In this document: in pieces, positions 57,075-64,000 of the stretch
Layout: every line of letters begins with the position of its first letter
Numbering within the stretch: position 1 is the first letter of the stretch
Virus record (IMG/VR): IMGVR_UViG_3300045594_000145
Coordinates: 44,946 to 108,945 of that record
Length of the DNA stretch: 64,000 bases
DNA from: a virus
Taxonomy: Duplodnaviria; Caudoviricetes
Direction: 5' to 3' (one strand)
Made by a program: the position numbers and the translations under genes
Notes under the pieces: model-generated
Databases searched by the model: none
The model's input: only the letters and a program-made list of their open reading frames with translations
What the model was told of the DNA's origin: nothing

Positions 57075-57368
57075 TTAAGCTGTTAATGTTGTTGTATCAA
57101 TCCATAGAATATTATAACCATCTTCTGCGGTTGGTTTAGTATCTGAAATAATAATTTTGCAGTTACTTAAAAGACTGCCAAGAATTTGTGCATTAATAAC
57201 TGCATTGGCTTCTTTTGGAGTCTTATTTAGGTCAGTAGCAAAAGTTACAAATTTTTTACTTGCTGTCTCAACGACCATGTCTGCATCTGTACGGAAATGA
57301 ACCTCGTTGTAATCAGTACCATCCGTATTCGGTACTTCATATACTGCTTTTACTGTAGCCATAGACAA
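57075..57368 (-). CDS. small tail fibre-associated protein
   Basis: VHFRTDADMV..KFVT, IIISDTKP..LWIDT; promoter 57387-57415. Confidence 0.6.
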   Translation of the reverse strand: MSMATVKAVYEVPNTDGTDYNEVHFRTDADMVVETASKKFVTFATDLNKTPKEANAVINAQILGSLLSNCKIIISDTKPTAEDGYNILWIDTTTLTA

Positions 57369-57425
57369 TCCTCCTTCTACATATTTATTTTATCATATTT
57401 TCTAGTATTTGTCAAGTTATATAAT

Positions 57426-57454
57426 AAAAAACCTCATATTTTTTATGAGGTTTT
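57426..57454 (-). terminator. intrinsic terminator after the endolysin
   Basis: AAAACCTCATA...TATGAGGTTTTTT. Confidence 0.75.
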
Positions 57455-57458
57455 CATT

Positions 57459-58598
57459 TTAAGCTAATTGTAAATAGTTTACATTAATAGCAGCTGTAAC
57501 AACTCCATCGCGACCGATAACTGCGCGATCTCCAATAAGTTCCATGACCTGATAAGTTCCAGAAACTGCTAAACTTGTACCATTATAGTCGACAGGATTT
57601 GTTACAACCACTGTGCTGCCAACCCCAATAGATACAGGTGCTGCCGCAGGTGCAGAGGAGACTTCTCCATCCTTAGATAGATAAGCAATATTAATTGCCG
57701 CAGTAACTACGCCATTGCGTCCGATTACAACTCTATCGCCTCTAACTTCCATAACATCATATGAACCACTTACCGCTAAACTTGTGCCATTATAATCGAC
57801 TGGGTTTGTTACCGTCACAGAATCTCCGACATTAATAGAACCATTGGATACTGGCGTAGTGGAATCTGCATTAATAATATCATCATCGCCAACCCAGCAC
57901 AAACCACTGTCAAGTAAATATGGATGAGCAGAACCCGCCATAATTTTAGTGATTGTTCCATGTTTCTTCAACATTCTTGAAGCAGGAATCGAAGCTGCCC
58001 CATTGGATGATGAATAGCATTGTGCAAAGGCAACATCTTCACCAATAGAGTGATTTGTTGTTCCTGCTGGCTGAGGTTCTGGGGATGGCTGATCACCATT
58101 TAATCTCTTATTTACTTCATCTGCGATATATCCAAATTTAGAAGCAAGATAATCTCCTGGGCAGGAGGTTGATGCCCACCATCTATGCATCTGTAATACA
58201 CCATCCTTATCACCAGTATAAGTGCAAGGATTAATGCCATTTCTCTGACAGATATCAGTAACTAAATCAATTAATCTCGCTAATACATTATCAGATACTG
58301 GCCAGTCTCCGCCAACTTCAGAATTAGAAGTCTCAATTGTTACTGCCCTCTTATCGATTTCATATGAACTTGTTGTCCAAGGACGATATGCTTCATCGAC
58401 ATATTGAGCAATTCTTCCGTCTGAGCCGATGCCATAGGTGGCGCTAGCTTCTTTATTCGCCATGATATTATATAAAGATTCAATATCTAAGACGCCAGCG
58501 CAGTGATGAATTACAATTTTGTCGATTGCATTTCCTCCACGACTGTTCCAATGACCATCAATGATCATTGCTGAATTTACTAATGAACTATTACTCAT
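57459..58598 (-). CDS. endolysin, N-acetylmuramoyl-L-alanine amidase (Amidase_2) with repeated C-terminal cell-wall binding domains
   Basis: IVIHHCAG, ASATYGIG.DG.I.QYV.E, HRWW..TSCPG; two VTNPVDYNGTSLAVSG..V....GDR.VIGR repeats. Confidence 0.9.
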   Translation of the reverse strand: MSNSSLVNSAMIIDGHWNSRGGNAIDKIVIHHCAGVLDIESLYNIMANKEASATYGIGSDGRIAQYVDEAYRPWTTSSYEIDKRAVTIETSNSEVGGDWPVSDNVLARLIDLVTDICQRNGINPCTYTGDKDGVLQMHRWWASTSCPGDYLASKFGYIADEVNKRLNGDQPSPEPQPAGTTNHSIGEDVAFAQCYSSSNGAASIPASRMLKKHGTITKIMAGSAHPYLLDSGLCWVGDDDIINADSTTPVSNGSINVGDSVTVTNPVDYNGTSLAVSGSYDVMEVRGDRVVIGRNGVVTAAINIAYLSKDGEVSSAPAAAPVSIGVGSTVVVTNPVDYNGTSLAVSGTYQVMELIGDRAVIGRDGVVTAAINVNYLQLA

Positions 58599-58693
58599 TA
58601 CTTAGATTCCTCCTCAGGAGTATCATTACCTTTACCATTACCGAACTCTTCTTCCTGTTCGGATGTTAATTCAATTTTATCATTATTATCCAT
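58598..58693 (-). CDS. 31-aa acidic peptide coupled to the endolysin
   Basis: MDNNDKIELTSEQEEEFGNGKGNDTPEEESK; AAGGAGA RBS; TAATG overlap. Confidence 0.65.
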   Translation of the reverse strand: MDNNDKIELTSEQEEEFGNGKGNDTPEEESK

Positions 58694-58711
58694 TTAAATT
58701 AATCTCCTTCC

Positions 58712-58801
58712 TTATTTGTTCTTTTTCTTAGAGCCTTTATTTTTGGAAGAACCCTTACTCTTTGCGGAGCCTGAAGAACTTCCGCCACCACATTTTGCTA
58801 T
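58712..58801 (-). CDS. 29-aa Lys/Ser/Gly-rich peptide, probable ATA start
   Basis: GAGGAGGT-8 nt-ATA GCA AAA TGT GGT...TAA; promoter 58846-58874. Confidence 0.5.
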   Translation of the reverse strand: MAKCGGGSSSGSAKSKGSSKNKGSKKKNK

Positions 58802-58874
58802 ATTAGGTGACCTCCTCGATAGAATTTAATCTATCCTTATAATTAATTATAACATATTTTTTCAAAAATGTCAA

Positions 58875-59006
58875 TTAATTTGTATAAGTTTCTCCAGTTA
58901 TCTTTTCATATTCTTCCGCAGTGATAAACCCTTTTACAACTACTTCTTTTAGTTTATCTTTTGTAACTCTTTCCATCTTAAACATGTTATTCCAAAAATC
59001 AAACAT
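58875..59006 (-). CDS. XkdX-family small phage protein
   Basis: MFDFWNNMFK...VVKGFITAEEYEKITGETY. Confidence 0.8.
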   Translation of the reverse strand: MFDFWNNMFKMERVTKDKLKEVVVKGFITAEEYEKITGETYTN

Positions 59007-59389
59007 CAAGAATTACCTCCAATCATTATATTCATAAGAGCATCTTCTGTAGCTTTTAATCTTTCTTCAGTCGATGGCAGTGATGCAAGCCGTTCCGATT
59101 CTGCTTTTGCATCTGCAATGGCTTTCAATTCATCCACTGTATATAGAATATACTTTTGGATTTCTTCAGTTTCGTCCCATGCTTCTTTTGCTTCTGTAGG
59201 TTTCTCATCCCACACTGTTATTACATCTTTTCCGCCATTGCCGTACTCTTTGACAACCTCAATATGGGATTTTCCCTGCTTTGCTTCAACCGCTTCATGA
59301 TGTTTAATTACAATCGTTTCAGCCTTCAGGTATCCTTTTTCAAGGTCTGGGCTTGTTATCTCGTTATTGTCTTTGTCTAAGATTCTCAT
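59006..59389 (-). CDS. tail fibre-associated hypothetical protein
   Basis: PDLEKGYL..HHEAVEA..AKEAWDE.E....Y..YT..EL; precedes XkdX. Confidence 0.75.
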   Translation of the reverse strand: MRILDKDNNEITSPDLEKGYLKAETIVIKHHEAVEAKQGKSHIEVVKEYGNGGKDVITVWDEKPTEAKEAWDETEEIQKYILYTVDELKAIADAKAESERLASLPSTEERLKATEDALMNIMIGGNS

Positions 59390-59401
59390 GTTTTCACCCC
59401 T

Positions 59402-60142
59402 TTATGCAATTCGTTTCCACATATATATTGCCAGATATGGCGGCATATTGTTGTGCGGTTGGTCATTTCCTGCAGGTATTGTAGCTAACCTATTTTTAGA
59501 CCCACCGTAATCTTTCGCTATAGATCCAAGGTCAAAAGATTTAGTATTGTCAGAAGCATCTCCCCATGCTACTACATTATGATCCCCTAATGCATTTAAA
59601 TCATGCGAATGAATCGGCATCTCGGTCCATGACAACTTATGACTTGCTTCACCACCTGTACTTCCTGCCGCATAGGTATCGCCTGCCGCTAGCAGAAAAC
59701 GATCTTTAATTCGTTCCCATGTGCCACCAAAAATAGAAGCCGGGCTTGTGCTGTTTACAGACAGGTAAATTGCTCCAACTGGATATGCGATTTCATCCAT
59801 TACCTTTGCTGCTGTCCAGTGAGCACTATTCCAAGATTCTGGTGTTGTAATCGTGGTCTTACATTTATATAACACGTTTTGATATGTGCAATAGGCACCA
59901 ACTGCATATTTAGCTGATGGGCTATAACCGGATGCAAAATTATTAGTTAACAACAAATCTGCATTGTATCTTGTTGCCGATTCCGTTCTTAATTCATCGG
60001 ATGTTACTAGTCCAGTTAATAAATTTGCTTTTGTTATCTTTTTAGTACCGTCGGACTGTTCAATCGGTAATATATCCGTACTGATTGCACTGATGGTCTC
60101 CGGCAAATCATATAGATGCTCATAGGAGTCTGTATCAGCCAT
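59402..60142 (-). CDS. tail fibre/baseplate protein (Gp53-like C-terminus)
   Basis: YPVGAIYLSV..TSPA..FGGTWE, TGGEA.H.L, HNNMPPYLA.YMWKR. Confidence 0.8.
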   Translation of the reverse strand: MADTDSYEHLYDLPETISAISTDILPIEQSDGTKKITKANLLTGLVTSDELRTESATRYNADLLLTNNFASGYSPSAKYAVGAYCTYQNVLYKCKTTITTPESWNSAHWTAAKVMDEIAYPVGAIYLSVNSTSPASIFGGTWERIKDRFLLAAGDTYAAGSTGGEASHKLSWTEMPIHSHDLNALGDHNVVAWGDASDNTKSFDLGSIAKDYGGSKNRLATIPAGNDQPHNNMPPYLAIYMWKRIA

Positions 60143-60503
60143 TCGCCTCACCTCCCGAATCAATCATTGGATAGATTGCTTCAATAACGGTCATAGGCAA
60201 TGAGATCTTTTCCAATTCTGATTCATTGATCTTTTCAAAGTCAAAATCAATCTCTTCATTTGACAGGTCACTGATTCCTTTAAAGGCTTCATCGTAATTT
60301 TTGTCTCCCGGGTTGATTTCAGTTTTCCCATCTGCATATTTGTTAAACAGATTTTTCTTTAATTCATAAAAAGGGGCTAATGTGTTTTTTATATGGTCCC
60401 TATTTCTGAGGATCTTTAATCCTGTTGAGAATGGGATACCTATACTGACGGTATCCAATCCATTCAATGCAATAGCTATTTTTTCTAATTCCGAATATTT
60501 CAT
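60135..60503 (-). CDS. hypothetical protein
   Basis: GGAGAG RBS, coupled ORF. Confidence 0.7.
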   Translation of the reverse strand: MKYSELEKIAIALNGLDTVSIGIPFSTGLKILRNRDHIKNTLAPFYELKKNLFNKYADGKTEINPGDKNYDEAFKGISDLSNEEIDFDFEKINESELEKISLPMTVIEAIYPMIDSGGEANG

Positions 60504-60511
60504 ATTCTCTC

Positions 60512-63500
60512 CTATAAAGTTCTGACATTTATGTTATCTACAAAAAACGCTAGATTTGAACCTGTCCATCCAATAGCGATAGCATGTTCTCCATCACCAC
60601 TTGTTACTGCCGTTGAGACAACTGGAAGACCAATGTTGGGTCCATTACATGTATGGACTGTGGTTGAAAAGCGAATGCCAACAGAACCATTAGAAGCAAA
60701 TATCATTCCACTCTGACCAAGCGAAAGCGAATTAATAATAGTGTCAGAGCTATCTCTGTTTGCAAGATTAATGGTTCCCATATTATGATATTTTTTAAAC
60801 GCCTCAACCCTAAATGAAGATGCTGTGATGTCATATCCGCCCTTACCAGAAAAATCTATACCACCAACTTCAGCACCTGCGTAATTAGACCATTCAGCTG
60901 TGATTTGTGTATCTGCATTTGTCCCGAATTTAATAGTTGACCCTGTAACAGTTCCGCCTGTAATGGTAGCGCCCTTAATGGTTCCGCCATTAATAGTTGT
61001 GCCGCTAATCACAGACCCCGTAATCGAGCCACCTGTAATTGTTCCACTCCCAGATAAACTATTACTATTAATTGTCCATCCGCCAATCGTTCCGGACGTT
61101 GCGGTGATTTCACCAGCTATGCTTACGTTACCATATGCGTCTAGTTTAAAATTAGTAGTGTTGATTGATAGTGTATTGCTTGTGTCTAACTTGAATGATG
61201 GCGTGTCAATAGATAAAGTCCCAGCAACAAACTTCATCAGGCCGCCCGTTGCAAAGTCAATCACACCGGACGAAATCGTAATTGATGACTCTGTCGATTC
61301 TGCAAAGTCCTTGCGAATCTCATTCTTAGTAACTTGCAAGCTAATTTTATCTGCTGTCTGATCAATCTCTGATTTAAGCGATTGATAATGACCGGATGCA
61401 GAATCCTTTGTCTCATAATTTGCGTATACTTCCAACCGAATACTTTGCGCGGTCTGCTCAATTGACGAATTTTCCTCGCTCTTGAGCTGTCGCAAATAGT
61501 GAAATATCTCTCCATTTGAGACCCTTAGCTTTTTACCATCTTTTGTAATGATGGGATTGTTTCTGCTGGTCACCATCGAAAATGGCCCAGTGTAGCTACG
61601 CACACGGGATACTTCCTTTGTAATTCTGTCGTTTAATCGCGATATATTTGAAGTATTTGTTTCTGTGATTGTATAGAAATTATTTGCTGAATCATCTAAT
61701 ACTGGGTCAGATATTGCAGTTGAGTTATCTGTATAAGTAATGAGGTTTCTATACCAGATATATGTGGCTGGTGTTTTAGTTGGAAGTACACTTGTCCATG
61801 AACCATCTGTCTGTTCTACTGAACTTGAAGAAAGATAATATTCTGTGGAGAATGTTTTAATTGATTTACCAGCTTCACCACGCAGTTTTGCCCATGTATA
61901 TTTGCTAGGGTCGTCTGAATCTGCTTCCGTATAGTCTGTGTATTCTCCTCGATAACTTGGATAAGCGTTTATTGGGTCATCAGTCGGAGATGGCGTGTAT
62001 ATTGGGAATTGACTAGTTAAACTACCTATTTCAGAGAACTTAATGTCATAAAACCTTCCATTCTCCAGACAATTAAAAGTGCCATCACTGTTCAGTGAAC
62101 GCATCGTGTAATAGATTATACAATAATTGGAAGCTTCATCATATAAGCTTGTAGGCGTAACAAAATTCTCATCTCTAACCCGCTTTGTTCCTATAACCCA
62201 AGTATTAGCATCGCCAAAATTATTAAGAGTGCCTCCAAGTTTAACCGTAGGATAGCCACTGATACCACTATAAAGTAGTAATGTACCATGAGATGGTTCC
62301 CGCTGTGGTGTTGTACCCGTTGCACGACTTAATAACTCGAACCCATAATGAACTGAGTATGTTTTCCCCGGTTTCAACATTTTTATTAATTGTTCATGTT
62401 CAATAAGGTGATAACCCCATGCACCAGGAGTAGTTAATGTCCCAGGCTGCATTTTGCTATTCCCACTGATTAAATTCATTGAAAATAAGTTTTCTGTCGG
62501 ATAGGCATTCGTGAACCTGTCCGTACCGTCTGCGCTCCAGCTGTACGCCGTGTGGAGATACGGTGTTTTACCATCTGCACCTGCTTTACCTGGGATACCG
62601 GTTGCACCATCTGCACCTTTTATCAAAGTCCATTGATAGCTTGAAGGGTCAGTACTGTCTGTGGCTGTTTGGTCAACATACATACCGATATGTGTGGTTG
62701 TTGCTGTTGGCGTTTGAGTAAACCCATTACCGCTTGCGCTTGTGGCATAAGCAATGTGGGTATAACTAGACTTGCCATCTAGTCCTTTTGGTCCTTGATT
62801 ACCTTGAGGGCCTTGCAACCCTTGTAACCCTTGCAAGCCTTGTGGACCCGTCTCACCAGCCTTAGCAACTGAATATCCGGACTCACTGGTTCCATCGGTA
62901 TAACTCCATGTCGTTTTTGTCCAGAGAAAACTACCAGCAGCAACACTAGGAACAGTGGTTAACCAACCACTTGTTGGCTTGGTAGTTCCACTAGTCGACC
63001 CAACGTATTCAACCTTTGTAGCAGAAATTCCCACACCATCCTTACCAGCAAGGCCGTTGTTACCATCATTACCATCTTTACCAATGTAAGTCGTAGAATA
63101 ACCGGACTCTGATGTGTTGTCTGTGTATAACCATACTGTTTTCGTCCAAAGATATTTGCCTTTGACGAGTGAGGGAACACTGGTAGTCCAACCTGTCGTA
63201 GGTTCAGATGTGCCGGAGTCACCTAGTGCATAAGTGATTGCGGTCGATTTAATGCCAATACCATCTTTTCCTGCAACGCCGTCTGCACCAGAATCACCTT
63301 TATCGCCTTTTGGTCCAGTCTCGCCAGCTTTTGCAACAGAGTAACCAACTTCACTCGTATTATCCGTGTATGACCATGTTGTTCGCGTCCATAGATATTG
63401 GCCTGAATTCACAGTGGGAATGGTAGATTGCCAGCCACTCACTGGTTTAACTGTTCCACTTGTTGAAACAACGTAATCAATTTGAGTTGACTTGATACCA

Positions 63501-64000
63501 GTGCCATCCTTACCGGCAATACCGTCAGAACCATTGTTCCCATCTTTGCCAATATAGGTCACCTGATAGCCGTCTTCACTGGTACTATCCGAGTAATTCC
63601 ATGTGGTTTTCGTCCACAAATATTGTCCTTTAACCAATGTCGGAACCGTTGAACTCCAAGTGCTCGTTGGCTTAGTTGTACCAGAAGTTCCTAACTGATA
63701 AGTAACTACGGTTGATTTTATTCCAACACCGTCCTTACCAACTAATCCGTCAGCTCCAGTGTCACCCTTATCACCTTTTTCACCAGCTTTTGCCACTGAA
63801 TATCCAGTCTCACTAGTCCCATCTGTATAACTCCAGACAGTTCTCGTCCACAGATAGTTGCCACCAGCGACATTAGGAGGACTGGCGACCCAAGCTCCTG
63901 TTGGCTGTACAGTTCCACTTGTTCCACTTTGGTAAGTGATAATAGTCGACTTGATTCCAACGCCATCCTTGCCCGCTACACCATCTGTACCATTATTGCC
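60512..64000 (-). CDS. collagen-repeat tail fibre / host-specificity protein (5' end beyond the window)
   Basis: Frame open to 64000; repeated GKDGxGIKST..GTSGT..P..W..YLWTxTxWxYxD..SExGY units, Gly-X-Y runs, GKTPYLHTAYS motifs. Confidence 0.88.
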   Translation of the reverse strand, partial: GNNGTDGVAGKDGVGIKSTIITYQSGTSGTVQPTGAWVASPPNVAGGNYLWTRTVWSYTDGTSETGYSVAKAGEKGDKGDTGADGLVGKDGVGIKSTVVTYQLGTSGTTKPTSTWSSTVPTLVKGQYLWTKTTWNYSDSTSEDGYQVTYIGKDGNNGSDGIAGKDGTGIKSTQIDYVVSTSGTVKPVSGWQSTIPTVNSGQYLWTRTTWSYTDNTSEVGYSVAKAGETGPKGDKGDSGADGVAGKDGIGIKSTAITYALGDSGTSEPTTGWTTSVPSLVKGKYLWTKTVWLYTDNTSESGYSTTYIGKDGNDGNNGLAGKDGVGISATKVEYVGSTSGTTKPTSGWLTTVPSVAAGSFLWTKTTWSYTDGTSESGYSVAKAGETGPQGLQGLQGLQGPQGNQGPKGLDGKSSYTHIAYATSASGNGFTQTPTATTTHIGMYVDQTATDSTDPSSYQWTLIKGADGATGIPGKAGADGKTPYLHTAYSWSADGTDRFTNAYPTENLFSMNLISGNSKMQPGTLTTPGAWGYHLIEHEQLIKMLKPGKTYSVHYGFELLSRATGTTPQREPSHGTLLLYSGISGYPTVKLGGTLNNFGDANTWVIGTKRVRDENFVTPTSLYDEASNYCIIYYTMRSLNSDGTFNCLENGRFYDIKFSEIGSLTSQFPIYTPSPTDDPINAYPSYRGEYTDYTEADSDDPSKYTWAKLRGEAGKSIKTFSTEYYLSSSSVEQTDGSWTSVLPTKTPATYIWYRNLITYTDNSTAISDPVLDDSANNFYTITETNTSNISRLNDRITKEVSRVRSYTGPFSMVTSRNNPIITKDGKKLRVSNGEIFHYLRQLKSEENSSIEQTAQSIRLEVYANYETKDSASGHYQSLKSEIDQTADKISLQVTKNEIRKDFAESTESSITISSGVIDFATGGLMKFVAGTLSIDTPSFKLDTSNTLSINTTNFKLDAYGNVSIAGEITATSGTIGGWTINSNSLSGSGTITGGSITGSVISGTTINGGTIKGATITGGTVTGSTIKFGTNADTQITAEWSNYAGAEVGGIDFSGKGGYDITASSFRVEAFKKYHNMGTINLANRDSSDTIINSLSLGQSGMIFASNGSVGIRFSTTVHTCNGPNIGLPVVSTAVTSGDGEHAIAIGWTGSNLAFFVDNINVRTL

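Noticed and set aside
63742-63966. Separate 74-aa ORF
   Set aside because: Alternative frame inside the fibre gene, whose frame is open to the window edge.
1-64000. Alternative genetic code (stop-codon recoding)
   Set aside because: Long structural genes are intact in code 11, all three stops are used, and no suppressor anticodon is seen among the complete tRNAs.
59402-64000. Diversity-generating retroelement or invertible fibre cassette
   Set aside because: No reverse transcriptase, recombinase or adenine-specific TR/VR pair visible in the window.

Overview
This 64 kb window comes from a large, AT-rich tailed dsDNA phage (siphovirus-type, 2566-aa tape measure) of a Bacillota host. Host assignment rests on sigmaA-type TTGACA-17-TATAAT promoters and strong GGAGG RBSs. 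Left arm (1-24.2 kb, almost all minus strand): a tRNA cluster, then about 45 small accessory/early genes, many with their own promoter. These include an Rnl2-like RNA ligase, an RtcB remnant, an orphan HigA-like HTH, a kinase-like protein, a SAM methyltransferase, a HAD phosphatase, a papain-fold deamidase, a DEDDh exonuclease and several paralog pairs. They are interrupted by large ORF-free blocks. Centre (24.4-48.7 kb, plus): terminase, portal, protease/scaffold, capsid, connectors, tail tube, holins and tape measure. Right (48.7-64 kb, minus, convergent): tail-tip/baseplate genes, an amidase endolysin and a collagen-repeat fibre running off the window. The most striking unexplained element is a ~1.4 kb non-coding, densely base-paired region (14230-15660, minus) with nested long-range helices, UUCG/GNRA tetraloops and an embedded tRNA-like domain. 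It is co-transcribed behind an Arg/Lys-rich protein and is a candidate giant ornate phage ncRNA/RNP. Several smaller structured RNA candidates and a strongly over-represented GCCGCA motif are also present. All product calls are motif/synteny based; no database search was possible.
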